NCBI RefSeq assembly: GCF_044324875.1
Contig: NZ_CP172185.1
Direction: 5' to 3' (one strand)
Length of the DNA: 64,000 nucleotides
Source: Escherichia coli
GTDB taxonomy: Bacteria > Pseudomonadota > Gammaproteobacteria > Enterobacterales > Enterobacteriaceae
The notes under the pieces were generated by a model. The model saw only the letters and a program-made list of their open reading frames with translations. It searched no databases and was not told the origin of the DNA. Within the stretch, counting starts at the first letter, position 1; every line of letters begins with the position of its first letter. Positions 1 through 12,233 of the stretch are shown here, piece by piece. The position numbers and the translations under genes are program-made.

Positions 1-942
1 GTTAACGCAGAAGAACATAGAAACGGTCGGCTCATCAACGGAGAGTGCCGGCAGCGCTTCAACGTTTTGCGTGTCGCAAACGGTGTCAGAAATGTTCAGT
101 TCGCCCAGGCCCGTGATCGCCACGATATCGCCAGCTTCCGCCAGATCGGTTTCGATACGTTCCAGACCGAGGTGGCCCAGCACTTTACCGACTTTCGCGT
201 TGCGGGTTTTGCCTTCGCTATCGATGATAGTAACCTGCTGGTTCGGCTTCACTTTACCGCGCTTGATGCGGCCAATGCCGATAACGCCAACATAGCTGTT
301 GTAATCGAGCTGAGAAATCTGCATCTGGAACGGACCGTCAAGGTCAACGTCCGGCGCAGGAACGTGGTCAACAATCGCCTGATACAGCGGGGTCATGTCT
401 TCCGCCATATCTTCGTGGTCCAGACCCGCGATACCGTTCAGCGCAGAAGCGTAAACGATCGGGAAGTCCAGCTGCTCGTCGGTCGCGTCGAGGTTAACGA
501 ACAGATCGAATACCTGATCCACAACCCAATCAGGACGCGCGCCAGGGCGGTCAACTTTGTTGATAACAACAATCGGCTTCAGGCCGTAAGCAAACGCTTT
601 TTTGGTTACGAAGCGCGTTTGCGGCATCGGGCCGTCAAATGCGTCAACCACCAGCAGCACTGAGTCTACCATGGACATTACACGTTCAACTTCACCACCG
701 AAGTCGGCGTGCCCCGGGGTATCAACGATGTTGATACGGTAATCATTCCATTTGATAGCGGTGTTTTTCGCGAGGATGGTAATCCCACGCTCTTTCTCCA
801 AATCGTTGGAGTCCATCACGCGCTCTTGGGTTTCGGCACGAGAGTCGAACGTACCGGATTGTTGGAGCAGCTTGTCTACCAGGGTGGTTTTACCATGGTC
901 TACGTGCGCGATGATGGCGATATTACGCAATTTTTCGATCAC
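1..942 (-). CDS. typA: Translational GTPase TypA/BipA, N-terminal part (gene runs off the window start)
   Basis: Reverse complement of 900-942 encodes [20 protein letters not shown] (G1 P-loop motif) from a GTG at 940-942; the + strand ORFs at 67-663 and 709-990 are antisense shadows. Confidence 0.85.
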   Translation of the reverse strand, partial: MIEKLRNIAIIAHVDHGKTTLVDKLLQQSGTFDSRAETQERVMDSNDLEKERGITILAKNTAIKWNDYRINIVDTPGHADFGGEVERVMSMVDSVLLVVDAFDGPMPQTRFVTKKAFAYGLKPIVVINKVDRPGARPDWVVDQVFDLFVNLDATDEQLDFPIVYASALNGIAGLDHEDMAEDMTPLYQAIVDHVPAPDVDLDGPFQMQISQLDYNSYVGVIGIGRIKRGKVKPNQQVTIIDSEGKTRNAKVGKVLGHLGLERIETDLAEAGDIVAITGLGELNISDTVCDTQNVEALPALSVDEPTVSMFFCVN

Positions 943-1093
943 AACTTTGCCTCAGGCATTAGAAATAGCGCGTTATTGTACACGGATTAATCGCACTACA
1001 AAACAGGATCACAAACATCCTCCGCAAACAAGTATTGCAGAGTCCCTTTGTGATCGCTTTCACGGAGCATAAAAAGGGTTATCCAAAGGTCAT

Positions 1094-1142
1094 TGCACCA
1101 ATATAGTGCTTAATGTTTCCATTGAAGCACTATATTGGTGCA
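1094..1142 (+). promoter_or_regulatory. Paired NtrC (NRI) enhancer sites upstream of glnA
   Basis: Two TGCACCA-N-GGTGCA-like dyads (tgcaccaatatagtgct / gcactatattggtgca) about 100 bp upstream of the sigma54 promoter. Confidence 0.6.
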
Positions 1143-1213
1143 ACATTCACATCATGGTGCAGCCCTTTTGCACGATGTTAAGCATGATAACGCCTTTTAG
1201 GGGCAATTTAAAA

Positions 1214-1232
1214 GTTGGCACAGTTTTCGCTT
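1214..1232 (+). promoter_or_regulatory. sigma54 promoter glnAp2
   Basis: ttggcacagttttcgct fits the -24 GG / -12 GC consensus, about 85 bp upstream of the glnA ATG. Confidence 0.7.
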
Positions 1233-1314
1233 TATCTTTTTTACGGCGACACGGCCAAAATAATTGCAGATTTCGTTACCACGACGACCATGACCAATCC
1301 AGGAGAGTTAAAGT

Positions 1315-2724
1315 ATGTCCGCTGAACACGTACTGACGATGCTGAACGAGCACGAAGTGAAGTTTGTTGATTTGCGCTTCACCGATACCAAAGGTAAAGA
1401 ACAGCACGTCACTATCCCTGCTCATCAGGTGAATGCTGAATTCTTCGAAGAAGGCAAAATGTTTGACGGCTCCTCGATTGGCGGCTGGAAAGGCATTAAC
1501 GAATCCGATATGGTGCTGATGCCAGACGCATCCACCGCAGTGATTGACCCGTTCTTCGCCGATTCTACCCTGATTATCCGTTGCGACATCCTTGAACCTG
1601 GCACCCTGCAAGGCTATGACCGTGACCCGCGCTCTATTGCGAAGCGCGCTGAAGATTACCTGCGTTCCACTGGCATTGCCGACACCGTACTGTTCGGGCC
1701 AGAACCTGAATTCTTCCTGTTCGATGACATCCGTTTCGGATCTTCTATCTCCGGTTCCCACGTTGCTATCGACGATATCGAAGGCGCATGGAACTCCTCC
1801 ACCCAATACGAAGGTGGTAACAAAGGTCACCGTCCGGCAGTGAAAGGCGGTTACTTCCCGGTTCCGCCGGTAGACTCTGCTCAGGATATTCGTTCTGAAA
1901 TGTGTCTGGTGATGGAACAGATGGGTCTGGTGGTTGAAGCCCATCACCACGAAGTAGCGACTGCTGGTCAGAACGAAGTGGCTACCCGCTTCAATACCAT
2001 GACCAAAAAAGCTGACGAAATTCAGATCTACAAATATGTTGTGCACAACGTAGCGCACCGCTTCGGTAAAACCGCGACCTTTATGCCAAAACCGATGTTC
2101 GGTGATAACGGCTCCGGTATGCACTGCCACATGTCGCTGTCTAAAAACGGCGTTAACCTGTTCGCAGGCGACAAATACGCAGGTCTGTCTGAGCAGGCGC
2201 TGTACTACATTGGCGGCGTAATCAAACACGCTAAAGCGATTAACGCCCTGGCAAACCCGACCACCAACTCTTACAAGCGTCTGGTCCCGGGCTACGAAGC
2301 ACCGGTAATGCTGGCTTACTCTGCGCGTAACCGTTCTGCGTCTATCCGTATTCCGGTGGTTTCTTCTCCGAAAGCACGTCGTATCGAAGTACGTTTCCCG
2401 GATCCGGCGGCTAACCCGTACCTGTGCTTTGCTGCCCTGCTGATGGCCGGTCTTGATGGTATCAAGAACAAGATCCATCCGGGCGAAGCCATGGACAAAA
2501 ACCTGTATGACCTGCCGCCGGAAGAAGCGAAAGAGATCCCACAGGTTGCTGGTTCTCTGGAAGAAGCACTGAACGAACTGGATCTGGACCGCGAGTTCCT
2601 GAAAGCCGGTGGCGTGTTCACTGATGAAGCGATCGATGCGTACATCGCTCTGCGTCGCGAAGAAGATGACCGCGTACGTATGACTCCGCATCCGGTAGAG
2701 TTTGAGCTGTACTACAGCGTCTAA
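1315..2724 (+). CDS. glnA: Glutamine synthetase
   Basis: 469-aa [34 protein letters not shown]...; recognised as GlnA. Confidence 0.97.
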
Positions 2725-2784
2725 TAGTTGAAGTTGTACTACCCGGCGCAACAACGCCGGGATTTAGTTGCCGTGGAAACTTTC

Positions 2785-2810
2785 AGCCCATCTCTGCATG
2801 GGCTTTTTTC
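2785..2810 (+). terminator. Intrinsic terminator after glnA
   Basis: GC stem gcccat/atgggc followed by tttttt. Confidence 0.55.
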
Positions 2811-2854
2811 TCCGTCAATTCTCTGATGCTTCGCGCTTTTTATCCGTAAAAAGC

Positions 2855-2876
2855 TATAATGCACTAAAATGGTGCA
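2855..2876 (+). promoter_or_regulatory. glnL promoter with overlapping NtrC operator
   Basis: tataat -10 hexamer abutting the dyad tgcactaaaatggtgca, 20 bp upstream of glnL. Confidence 0.5.
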
Positions 2877-2897
2877 ACCTGTTCAGGAGACTGCTTT

Positions 2898-3947
2898 ATG
2901 GCAACAGGCACGCAGCCCGATGCTGGGCAGATCCTCAACTCGCTGATTAACAGTATTTTGTTAATCGATGACAACCTGGCGATCCATTACGCCAACCCCG
3001 CCGCGCAACAACTGCTCGCCCAAAGCTCCCGCAAATTGTTTGGTACGCCGTTACCGGAACTGTTGAGCTACTTCTCATTAAATATCGAGCTGATGCAAGA
3101 AAGTCTGGAGGCGGGGCAAGGCTTTACCGATAACGAAGTGACGCTGGTCATCGACGGGCGCTCGCATATCCTTTCTGTGACGGCCCAGCGTATGCCGGAC
3201 GGCATGATCCTGCTGGAGATGGCTCCGATGGATAACCAGCGCCGCTTAAGTCAGGAACAGCTACAGCACGCCCAGCAGGTTGCTGCCCGTGATTTAGTGC
3301 GCGGCCTGGCACATGAGATTAAAAATCCGCTTGGCGGTTTACGGGGCGCGGCGCAGCTGCTCAGCAAAGCATTACCTGACCCGTCACTACTCGAATATAC
3401 CAAAGTGATTATCGAACAGGCGGACCGGCTGCGAAATCTGGTCGACCGTCTGTTGGGGCCGCAGCTGCCCGGTACGCGCGTTACCGAAAGTATTCATAAA
3501 GTGGCTGAACGCGTGGTGACGCTGGTGTCGATGGAACTGCCGGACAACGTGCGGTTGATTCGTGATTACGACCCCAGCCTGCCGGAACTGGCGCACGACC
3601 CGGATCAAATTGAGCAAGTGCTCCTGAATATTGTGCGCAATGCGCTACAGGCGCTGGGGCCAGAGGGTGGTGAAATCATTCTGCGTACCCGCACAGCTTT
3701 CCAACTGACCTTACACGGCGAGCGTTATCGGCTGGCGGCGCGAATTGATGTGGAAGATAACGGGCCAGGTATTCCGCCTCATTTGCAGGATACGCTGTTT
3801 TACCCGATGGTCAGCGGCCGCGAAGGTGGCACCGGGCTTGGCTTATCCATCGCCCGTAATTTGATTGATCAGCATTCAGGCAAAATTGAATTTACCAGTT
3901 GGCCAGGTCATACCGAGTTCTCGGTTTACCTGCCTATCAGGAAATAA
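2898..3947 (+). CDS. glnL: Nitrogen regulation sensor histidine kinase NtrB (NRII)
   Basis: 349-aa ORF with H-box [11 protein letters not shown] and ATPase G-box GTGLGL. Confidence 0.96.
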
Positions 3948-3958
3948 AGGTGACGTTT

Positions 3959-5368
3959 ATGCAACGAGGGATAGTCTGGGTAGTCGATGACGATAGTTCC
4001 ATCCGTTGGGTGCTTGAACGTGCGCTCGCTGGAGCGGGTTTAACCTGTACGACATTTGAGAACGGCGCGGAGGTACTGGAGGCGCTGGCGAGCAAAACGC
4101 CGGATGTGCTGCTTTCAGATATCCGTATGCCGGGAATGGACGGGCTGGCGCTGCTCAAGCAGATTAAACAGCGCCATCCGATGCTTCCGGTCATCATTAT
4201 GACCGCACATTCCGATCTGGATGCTGCCGTCAGCGCCTATCAACAAGGGGCGTTTGATTATCTGCCCAAACCGTTTGATATCGACGAAGCCGTGGCGCTG
4301 GTTGAGCGCGCCATCAGCCATTATCAGGAACAGCAGCAGCCGCGTAATGTTCAGCTTAACGGCCCAACGACCGATATCATCGGCGAAGCGCCAGCCATGC
4401 AGGACGTGTTCCGGATTATCGGTCGGCTTTCGCGTTCTTCTATTAGCGTGCTGATTAACGGCGAGTCCGGCACCGGTAAAGAACTGGTCGCTCATGCCCT
4501 TCATCGCCACAGCCCGCGAGCCAAAGCGCCATTTATCGCGCTCAATATGGCGGCTATCCCGAAGGATTTGATCGAATCCGAACTGTTTGGTCACGAGAAA
4601 GGCGCGTTTACCGGCGCGAATACCATTCGTCAGGGGCGTTTTGAACAGGCTGATGGTGGCACATTATTCCTCGATGAAATTGGCGATATGCCGCTGGATG
4701 TGCAGACGCGTTTGCTGCGCGTGCTGGCAGACGGTCAGTTTTATCGCGTTGGCGGCTATGCGCCGGTGAAAGTGGATGTGCGGATTATCGCTGCCACTCA
4801 CCAGAATCTTGAACAGCGGGTGCAGGAAGGTAAGTTCCGTGAGGATCTGTTCCACCGCCTGAACGTTATCCGCGTTCATCTGCCGCCGCTGCGTGAGCGT
4901 CGGGAAGATATTCCCCGCCTGGCGCGCCATTTTTTACAGGTTGCCGCGCGCGAACTGGGCGTAGAAGCGAAGTTGCTGCATCCGGAAACCGAAGCCGCGC
5001 TGACGCGTCTGGCGTGGCCAGGCAACGTGCGCCAGCTGGAAAACACCTGTCGCTGGCTAACGGTGATGGCCGCCGGGCAGGAAGTGTTGATTCAGGATTT
5101 GCCCGGTGAACTGTTTGAATCAAACGTACCGGAAAGCACTTCACACATGCAGCCGGACAGTTGGGCAACACTGTTAGCACAGTGGGCAGATCGGGCGCTG
5201 CGTTCCGGTCATCAAAACCTGCTTTCCGAAGCACAGCCAGAGCTGGAACGGACGTTACTGACCACCGCGCTGCGACATACGCAGGGGCATAAACAGGAAG
5301 CGGCGCGGCTACTCGGCTGGGGGCGTAACACTCTGACGCGGAAGTTAAAAGAGCTGGGGATGGAGTGA
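3959..5368 (+). CDS. glnG: sigma54-dependent response regulator NtrC (NRI)
   Basis: Start placed at [12 protein letters not shown] (receiver domain) inside the longer track ORF; AAA+ motif GESGTGKE and C-terminal HTH present. Confidence 0.95.
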   Translation: MQRGIVWVVDDDSSIRWVLERALAGAGLTCTTFENGAEVLEALASKTPDVLLSDIRMPGMDGLALLKQIKQRHPMLPVIIMTAHSDLDAAVSAYQQGAFDYLPKPFDIDEAVALVERAISHYQEQQQPRNVQLNGPTTDIIGEAPAMQDVFRIIGRLSRSSISVLINGESGTGKELVAHALHRHSPRAKAPFIALNMAAIPKDLIESELFGHEKGAFTGANTIRQGRFEQADGGTLFLDEIGDMPLDVQTRLLRVLADGQFYRVGGYAPVKVDVRIIAATHQNLEQRVQEGKFREDLFHRLNVIRVHLPPLRERREDIPRLARHFLQVAARELGVEAKLLHPETEAALTRLAWPGNVRQLENTCRWLTVMAAGQEVLIQDLPGELFESNVPESTSHMQPDSWATLLAQWADRALRSGHQNLLSEAQPELERTLLTTALRHTQGHKQEAARLLGWGRNTLTRKLKELGME

Positions 5369-5479
5369 TTCACGGCTTGTGTGTAAAGATTGATTATTGA
5401 GCGCAAATTGCTGGTATTTTGCGCTTTACTGTTCCGATAAGTTCAGTATGATCTTGCCCGGAAAACGGGGAGAGTCATT

Positions 5480-5590
5480 ATGCTGGAATCAATAATTAAT
5501 CTGGTATCGAGTGGCGCAGTTGACAGCCACACACCGCAAACTGCCGTTGCTGCCGTGCTGTGTGCCGCAATGATTGGGCTGTTTAGTTGA
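5480..5590 (+). CDS. yshB: Small protein YshB (36 aa)
   Basis: Short ORF MLESIINLVSSGAVDSHTPQTAVAAVLCAAMIGLFS recalled as the small K-12 gene between glnG and hemN. Confidence 0.5.
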   Translation: MLESIINLVSSGAVDSHTPQTAVAAVLCAAMIGLFS

Positions 5591-5622
5591 GTTTCAGATT
5601 GCTGATGAAGTGCTCTTTGTTC

Positions 5623-5713
5623 ATGCCGGATGCGGCGTGAACGCCTTATCCGGCCTACAAAAGCAATATTTTCAACAGGTTTTGTAGGCCTGATAAGCGT
5701 AGCGCATCAGGCA
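5623..5713. repeat. REP/BIME palindromic elements
   Basis: gccggatgcggcgtgaacgccttatccggcctac ... gtaggcctgataagcgtagcgcatcaggc. Confidence 0.75.
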
Positions 5714-5779
5714 ATCTTGTTCTCAGCACATTGATGGCGCTTTCGTTTTCTACTTTGTAAACGAAGCGCCATTCACTAT

Positions 5780-7153
5780 TTAAATCACCCGTGAGAACTG
5801 CTGCATCCGCGCTTTCTGGCGCAGATAGGTATCAAAGCACATGCAAATGTTGCGGATCAGCAAGCGACCTTTCGCCGTCACCTGAATCCCCTTCTCATCC
5901 ACATCCACCAGCCCATCTTTTGCTAACGGGGCGAGCAGCTTGAGATCTTCCGCAAAGTAATCAGCGAAGTGCAAATCCCACTGTTGCTCAATGGGAGCGT
6001 AATCCAGACGGAAGTTGCAGATGAGCGACTTAATCACATCGCGGCGAATACAGTCATCACGCGTTAGCGCAATACCACGCCACAGCGCATTGCCTTGTTC
6101 ATCCACTTGCTGATAGTACTGCTTCAACTCTTTCTGGTTCTGCGCGTAGCAGTCGCCAATCATGCTGATGGCGGAAACGCCCATCCCCAGCAGATCGGTA
6201 TCGCCCTGAGTGGTGTAGCCCTGGAAGTTACGGTGCAGCACGCCTTCACGCTGGGCCACCGCCAGCTCGTCATCCGGACGGGCAAAGTGATCCATACCGA
6301 TAAACTGATAGCCCGATTGCGTCAGGAAGGCGATGGTTTCCTGCAGGATATCGAGTTTTTGCTGCGGACTCGGCAGGTCAGCATCTTTGATTTTGCGCTG
6401 AGCAGCAAAAATGGTCGGCAGATGCGCGTAGTTAAAGACACTCAGACGATCGGGGTTCAGCTCCGCCACACGTTTCAGGGTAAAAGCGAAACTCTCCGGC
6501 GTTTGTTTCGGCAGGCCGTAAATCAGGTCGATGTTGGTGGAGGTAAAGCCAATCTCACGCGCATGGTTAAGCAGTGCAAAGATGAATTCTTCATCCTGCT
6601 CGCGGTTAACCAGACGTTGCACTTCTTTGTTGAAGTCCTGCACGCCCATGCTCAGGCGATTAAAGCCCTCGGCGCGTAAATGATCGAGTACATCCAGTTC
6701 GATTTCGCGCGGATCGACTTCGATCGAAATCTCCGCATCGGCATTGAACTGGAAGTTTTCGCGCAGCAGCTTCATCAGACGGCTGATTTGCGCTTTGTTC
6801 AGATACGTCGGCGTACCACCGCCCCAGTGCAGCTGGCTCACCTTGCGCCCGGCAAAAAGCGGTGCACGATGGACGATTTCTTGCTCCAGCGCGTCCAGAT
6901 ACTGATCGGCCTTGTGCTGCTGGCGAGTAACAATCTTATTGCAACCGCAGAAGTAACAAAGCTTATGGCAGAACGGGATATGTACGTAGAGAGATAATGG
7001 ACGCTCAGGATAGCGCGCCACGGCTTGTAAAAACGCCTGTTCGCCGAAGTCTTCTGAAAACTCCAGCGCGGTCGGGTACGAGGTGTATCGTGGCCCGGAA
7101 TAGTTATATTTCTGGATCAGGGCCAGATCCCAGTCGATTTGCTGTACAGACAT
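5780..7153 (-). CDS. hemN: Oxygen-independent coproporphyrinogen III oxidase (radical SAM)
   Basis: ORF ...MSVQQIDWDLALIQKYNYSGPRYTSYPTALEF... with CxxxCxxC radical-SAM motif (HIPFCHKLCYFCGC); start taken at the second Met. Confidence 0.95.
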   Translation of the reverse strand: MSVQQIDWDLALIQKYNYSGPRYTSYPTALEFSEDFGEQAFLQAVARYPERPLSLYVHIPFCHKLCYFCGCNKIVTRQQHKADQYLDALEQEIVHRAPLFAGRKVSQLHWGGGTPTYLNKAQISRLMKLLRENFQFNADAEISIEVDPREIELDVLDHLRAEGFNRLSMGVQDFNKEVQRLVNREQDEEFIFALLNHAREIGFTSTNIDLIYGLPKQTPESFAFTLKRVAELNPDRLSVFNYAHLPTIFAAQRKIKDADLPSPQQKLDILQETIAFLTQSGYQFIGMDHFARPDDELAVAQREGVLHRNFQGYTTQGDTDLLGMGVSAISMIGDCYAQNQKELKQYYQQVDEQGNALWRGIALTRDDCIRRDVIKSLICNFRLDYAPIEQQWDLHFADYFAEDLKLLAPLAKDGLVDVDEKGIQVTAKGRLLIRNICMCFDTYLRQKARMQQFSRVI

Positions 7154-7341
7154 GCTCACTCCTTCCGATGGCGTCTCTGGCGGCTACGGCGTACCGGCGG
7201 ATGCCCGTTTCGGGTCATCAGCCGGTTGCGCAGCCACTTTTGTCGCCGCGACAACCGCTGTAGTTTAACGAATAACCACACCAGATAACATATAACCGGA
7301 AGGGTTATCAGCAGAACGGGAAGGCCCACGGCGGCAATCCG

Positions 7342-7851
7342 TTAGTTGCCCCGCAGCAGACGCATCATGTCTTCTTGCTTCTCGTCTTCTTCCTCTTCTT
7401 CGTCATCGTCATAAGAGAGGCCGAGTTTCTGCATCAACTCATCAATACGATCCAGTTTGGCATCCACCCAGGATTGCTCTTCGGCGCTCAGGGTTTCGCC
7501 TGCCTCCAGACGTTCCAGCAGCGCATCCAGACGCTCATCCGTTTCCAGTAACTCCAACTCCGCCTGCGGTGAAAGCATAGGTTTCTCACTCTTCGGTTTG
7601 TGCTGTTTGGTGACTTTTTCAGTCACGCCCAATGGAATAGGGGTTTTACTGCCAATACGTGGATCTTTCGGTGCGTTCTGGCCTTTACTGCCTGACGTGG
7701 TGTTACCGCCCGCTGCGCGGCTGCCCGGCGCATGACCACGACGTTTTTTCTGACGCTTACGGTCACGAGCTTCCTGATCCAGCTCCTCGCGTGTTTTTCG
7801 ACGCGCTTTTGCATGACCTTTGCTGCGTGAGTTTGAAGATGATGGTTTCAT
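7342..7851 (-). CDS. yihI: Der GTPase-activating protein YihI
   Basis: [19 protein letters not shown]... basic N-terminus and acidic C-terminus ([12 protein letters not shown]); start placed at MKPSS inside the longer track ORF. Confidence 0.9.
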   Translation of the reverse strand: MKPSSSNSRSKGHAKARRKTREELDQEARDRKRQKKRRGHAPGSRAAGGNTTSGSKGQNAPKDPRIGSKTPIPLGVTEKVTKQHKPKSEKPMLSPQAELELLETDERLDALLERLEAGETLSAEEQSWVDAKLDRIDELMQKLGLSYDDDEEEEEDEKQEDMMRLLRGN

Positions 7852-7917
7852 AATGGTTCGTCTTTTAGCCGTTTTATTCAGTATAGATTTGCGGCGGAAT
7901 CTAACAGAAAGCAAGCA

Positions 7918-8162
7918 AAGAAAAAAGGCGACAGATTACTCTGTCGCCTTTTTTCCTGACTCATAACCCTTAACGGGTCTTACAATCCTTGCAGGCCGCC
8001 AACACACCCTGTTTTTCCATTAGCCGGAACAATCCGTGTTGATTCCATTTCCGTTTAATTACGTCTCCGGACGTTTGTCTTCCTGACAATCCTCTGTCTT
8101 CGCCTCCTGGCGCTCCTGACCCTCATCCTGAGTCATTGTTCCTGTTAGCGTCCTCGCTCTAT
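7918..8162 (-). ncRNA. csrC: CsrC small RNA (CsrA-sequestering)
   Basis: Reverse complement matches remembered CsrC, with repeated GGA-containing motifs and a terminal hairpin (aggcgacag...ctgtcgcct) plus U-run; lies in the yihI-engB intergenic region as in K-12. Confidence 0.85.
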
Positions 8163-8432
8163 GGGTGCTACTTTACGCCTTTGCTTTAAACAAACAATCA
8201 ACCGCCATCAGTATTTGCACATTTTCAGAGTTTTATATAAAAGCAATTAACTGATTTATATAGCTTATTTGACATGCATCGCAGAATTTTCTCTGCTATT
8301 TCGCATAAAGACTATCGGCAATGTCTCACAAAGCGTATGGCTTTTACTTACAACGCTCACGCCGAAAAATCCGCCTTTTATTATGGTTCAGGTATAATCG
8401 CCGCAAAGCTTTGACTGACGGAGACGACCGCT

Positions 8433-9065
8433 TTGACTAATTTGAATTATCAACAGACGCATTTTGTGATGAGTGCGCCTGATATTCGCCACCTACCTTC
8501 CGATACCGGAATTGAAGTGGCTTTTGCAGGCCGTTCCAACGCAGGTAAATCCAGCGCGCTGAACACGCTGACTAACCAGAAAAGCCTGGCGCGGACCTCA
8601 AAAACCCCAGGGCGCACCCAGCTTATCAACCTGTTTGAAGTGGCTGACGGCAAGCGTCTGGTTGACCTGCCCGGCTATGGCTACGCGGAAGTCCCGGAAG
8701 AGATGAAGCGCAAATGGCAACGCGCGCTCGGCGAATACCTCGAAAAACGTCAGAGCCTGCAAGGTCTGGTGGTGCTAATGGATATTCGCCATCCGCTGAA
8801 AGATTTGGATCAGCAGATGATTGAGTGGGCGGTAGACAGCAATATCGCCGTGCTGGTGCTGCTGACCAAAGCGGACAAACTGGCAAGCGGCGCACGTAAA
8901 GCGCAATTGAATATGGTGCGTGAAGCGGTGCTGGCGTTTAACGGTGATGTGCAGGTTGAAACGTTCTCTTCACTGAAGAAACAAGGCGTGGACAAGCTGC
9001 GGCAGAAACTGGATACCTGGTTTAGCGAGATGCAGCCTGTAGAAGAAACGCAGGACGGCGAATAA
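8433..9065 (+). CDS. engB: Ribosome biogenesis GTPase EngB/YihA
   Basis: 210-aa ORF from a TTG start, with P-loop GRSNAGKSS and TKADK motif. Confidence 0.93.
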
Positions 9066-9084
9066 TTTTCTTGCCTTAATGCTT

Positions 9085-9168
9085 GTGCCGGATGTGGCGT
9101 ATCCGGCCCGTAAATTCAATAGATTACACTTCTACCGTTGGCCTGATAAACAGGGCGCATCAGGCATT
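9085..9168. repeat. REP palindromic elements
   Basis: gccggatgtggcgtatccggc ... gcctgataaacagggcgcatcaggc. Confidence 0.7.
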
Positions 9169-9187
9169 ACGGATCTTTTCTTTCGCC

Positions 9188-9299
9188 CAATAAAAAACGC
9201 CCCAGTCATTACTGACTGGGGCGGCTAAAATATTCAGCCAAATCCGATTACGTGAAGTAAAAGGTCTGAAAGATAGAACATCTTACCTCTGTACCCTAC
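9188..9299 (-). ncRNA. spf: Spot 42 small RNA
   Basis: Reverse complement reads GTAGGGTACAGAGGTAAGATGTTCTATCTTTCAGACCTTTTACTTCACG...GCCCCAGTCAGTAATGACTGGGGCGTTTTTT, matching Spot 42 and its intrinsic terminator. Confidence 0.9.
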
Positions 9300-9446
9300 G
9301 CGACTAACTTTACTCTTTTTTGTTCAGTTCAGAAAGCATTTTTTGTAATTTTTTTTCAGTTGTTGCATAGGAATTTCTAATAGCCATCACAAAACGTGAC
9401 AGCTTATGTTGCTTACTTACGAAAAAAGGGCATGTTCAGGCGAATC

Positions 9447-12233
9447 TTAGTGCGCCTGATCCCAGTTTTCGCCACTCCCCACTTCCACCAGCAACGGCAC
9501 ATCCAGACGGGTACAGTTTTCCATCAGTTGATGAATCTGCTTCGCGACGGCATCGACATCATCTTTATGAACTTCAAATACCAGTTCATCGTGTACCTGC
9601 ATGATCATACGCACACGCGGTTGCTCAGCCTGTAGCCACGTATCAACGGCAATCATTGCCCGTTTGATAATGTCGGCGGCGGTTCCCTGCATTGGCGCGT
9701 TAATGGCTGCACGTTCAGCCGCTGCACGACGAGCACCATTGCTGGATTTGATATCCGGCAGATACAGACGGCGTCCGTCCAGCGTTTCAACGTAGCCCTG
9801 CTCTTTCGCCTGAGCACGGGTGCGTTCCATATACTCCAGCACGCCAGGGTAGCGTTCGAAGTAAAGGTCCATGTACTTCTGCGCTTCTTTACGTGGAATG
9901 TTCAATTGCCGCGCCAGACCGAAAGCACTCATGCCATAAATCAGACCAAAGTTGATCGCTTTCGCGCTACGGCGTTGCTCGCTGGTGACGGTTTCCAGTG
10001 GCAAACCAAACACTTCTGCCGCCGTTGCCCGGTGGATATCTTTTCCTTCCGCGAATGCGGTCAGCAAGCCTTTGTCACGCGAGAGATGCGCCATAATGCG
10101 CAGTTCAATCTGCGAGTAGTCCGCTGAGACAATCACATAATCCTCTGGCGCAATAAACGCCTGGCGGATACGACGACCTTCTTCGTTACGCACCGGAATG
10201 TTTTGCAGGTTAGGATCGGTTGACGATAAACGTCCCGTTGCAGTTACTGCCTGGTGATAAGAGGTATGCACACGCCCGGTTTTCGGGTTGATCATCAGCG
10301 GCAGCTTGTCGGTGTAAGTCGATTTCAGCTTCGCCAGACCACGATACTCCAGAATCACTTTTGGCAACGGATAGTCCAGCGCCAGTTCTTCCAGTACCTC
10401 TTCCGACGTTGACGGCGCGCCACCTGGCGTTTTCTTCAGCGGTTTAATGCCCTGTTTTTCAAACAGAATGGTTTGTAACTGCTTGGTGGAAGAAAGATTA
10501 AACTCCTCACCTGCAATTTCATGCGCTTTCTTTTCCAGCTCAACCAGACGAAGAGTGAGCTCTTCAGAATGATTGTGCAGCACTTTCGGATCGATCTTCA
10601 CACCGTTACGTTCAATGCGTGAAAGCACCGGCACTAGCGGCATTTCGATATTCTCGAAGACGTTCAACGGCCCTTTGTGTTTTTGCAGATCCGGCCACAT
10701 TTTCAGATGCAGCTGCAAGGTGACATCTGCATCTTCGGCGGCGTAACGTCCGGCCTCTTCCAGGGCAATCTGGTTAAAGGTCAGTTGATTTTTACCTTTA
10801 CCAGCAATCTCTTCAAAAGTGATGGTTTTGTGCTTCAACCAACGTTCCGCGAGGCTGTCCATATCGTGACGCCCGGCAACGCTATTGAGAATGTAGGACT
10901 CCAGCATGGTATCAAATGCAATCCCACGCAGCTCAATGCCGTAATTCGCCAGAATACCGCGATCGTATTTCAGGTTTTGCCCGACCTTCAGCGCCTTTTC
11001 ATCTTCCAGCAGCGGTTTTAGCAACTCGAGTGCACGCTCGCGAGAGATTTGATCGGGCGCATCAAGATAATCATGAGCAACCGGAATATATGCCGCTACG
11101 CCTGGCTCGATAGCAAAAGAAAGCCCGACCAGGTTAGCAGAGATGTTATCAAGGCTGTCGGTTTCGGTATCAAATGCAAATACCGGCGCTTTTTCCAGCT
11201 TCGCAATCCACGCTTTCAGTGTTTCTTCATCAAGGATGGTGACGTAGTTGTCATAAGAAATCACCGTTGCCGTCACTTCTGGTGCTTCGTCTGCAACACT
11301 GGTTTCCTGTGGCTTCGCGGCTGGTTTTGCCCCTTTGGCCTGTAACCATTTGCCCGCTTCGACATCAGCAGTCCAGCGTTTGAACTCATACTTTTTGAAC
11401 AGCCCCAACAACTCTTCCGCTGCCGGTTGCTGCACTTCCAGTTGTTCGCAGGTCAGCTCCAGTTCAACGTCGGTTTTAATCGTCGCCAGCTGGTATGAGA
11501 GATAAGCAACTTCTTTGTTTTGCTCGAGCTTCGCTGCCATTGTTTTCGCGCCACGGAAGCTCAACCCGGCAATTTTTTCTGGCTCGGCATACAGCGTATC
11601 CAGTCCGCCAAGACCTTGCAGCAATGCCTGTGCGGTTTTTTCACCGACGCCCGGTACGCCTGGAATGTTATCAGAGGAGTCACCCATCAGCGCCAGGAAG
11701 TCGATGATCAATTCTGGCGGCACGCCGTACTTATTCACCACCTCTTCCGGTCCGAGGATGGTATTCGTCATAGTGTTGATAAGCGTAATATTTGGCGTCA
11801 CCAGCTGCGCCATATCTTTATCGCCAGTGCTGATCAGCACCGGACGCCCGGCTTTTTCGGCTTCGCGCGCCAGAGTACCGATAACGTCGTCCGCTTCTAC
11901 GCCAGAAACCGCCAGCAGCGGCAGTCCCATCGCTTTAACCATCGCGTGCAAAGGTTCGATTTGTGCACGCAGATCGTCCGGCATTGGCGGGCGATGTGAT
12001 TTGTAATGTTCAAACAGTTCATCACGAAAGGTTTTTCCCTTGGCGTCAAAGACCACCGCTGCATGCGTCGGTTTATATTGCATGATCAGACTGCGCAGCA
12101 TGTTGAGGACACCATACATCGCACCGGTCGGCTCGCCTGCGCTGTTAGTCAGCGGGGGAAACGCGTGATATGCGCGATAAAGATAAGATGAACCATCTAC
12201 AAGGATAAGTGGATTTTGGGGGATCTGAACCAT
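9447..12233 (-). CDS. polA: DNA polymerase I
   Basis: 928-aa ORF with 5'-3' exonuclease, 3'-5' exonuclease and polymerase domains (e.g. [23 protein letters not shown]). Confidence 0.98.
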   Translation of the reverse strand: MVQIPQNPLILVDGSSYLYRAYHAFPPLTNSAGEPTGAMYGVLNMLRSLIMQYKPTHAAVVFDAKGKTFRDELFEHYKSHRPPMPDDLRAQIEPLHAMVKAMGLPLLAVSGVEADDVIGTLAREAEKAGRPVLISTGDKDMAQLVTPNITLINTMTNTILGPEEVVNKYGVPPELIIDFLALMGDSSDNIPGVPGVGEKTAQALLQGLGGLDTLYAEPEKIAGLSFRGAKTMAAKLEQNKEVAYLSYQLATIKTDVELELTCEQLEVQQPAAEELLGLFKKYEFKRWTADVEAGKWLQAKGAKPAAKPQETSVADEAPEVTATVISYDNYVTILDEETLKAWIAKLEKAPVFAFDTETDSLDNISANLVGLSFAIEPGVAAYIPVAHDYLDAPDQISRERALELLKPLLEDEKALKVGQNLKYDRGILANYGIELRGIAFDTMLESYILNSVAGRHDMDSLAERWLKHKTITFEEIAGKGKNQLTFNQIALEEAGRYAAEDADVTLQLHLKMWPDLQKHKGPLNVFENIEMPLVPVLSRIERNGVKIDPKVLHNHSEELTLRLVELEKKAHEIAGEEFNLSSTKQLQTILFEKQGIKPLKKTPGGAPSTSEEVLEELALDYPLPKVILEYRGLAKLKSTYTDKLPLMINPKTGRVHTSYHQAVTATGRLSSTDPNLQNIPVRNEEGRRIRQAFIAPEDYVIVSADYSQIELRIMAHLSRDKGLLTAFAEGKDIHRATAAEVFGLPLETVTSEQRRSAKAINFGLIYGMSAFGLARQLNIPRKEAQKYMDLYFERYPGVLEYMERTRAQAKEQGYVETLDGRRLYLPDIKSSNGARRAAAERAAINAPMQGTAADIIKRAMIAVDTWLQAEQPRVRMIMQVHDELVFEVHKDDVDAVAKQIHQLMENCTRLDVPLLVEVGSGENWDQAH

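Noticed and set aside
67-663. 198-aa + strand ORF at the window start
   Set aside because: Antisense shadow of typA/bipA; the minus strand encodes the recognisable GTPase N-terminus.
1276-2754. 492-aa minus-strand ORF spanning glnA
   Set aside because: Antisense to glnA; Arg/Val-rich translation typical of a reverse-frame artefact in GC-rich coding DNA.
5623-5713. Possible CRISPR array from repeated gccggatgcg-type palindromes (also near 9.1, 31.4 and 52.6 kb)
   Set aside because: These are dispersed REP/BIME elements: imperfect palindromes at scattered intergenic sites, with no regular repeat-spacer periodicity and no cas genes.
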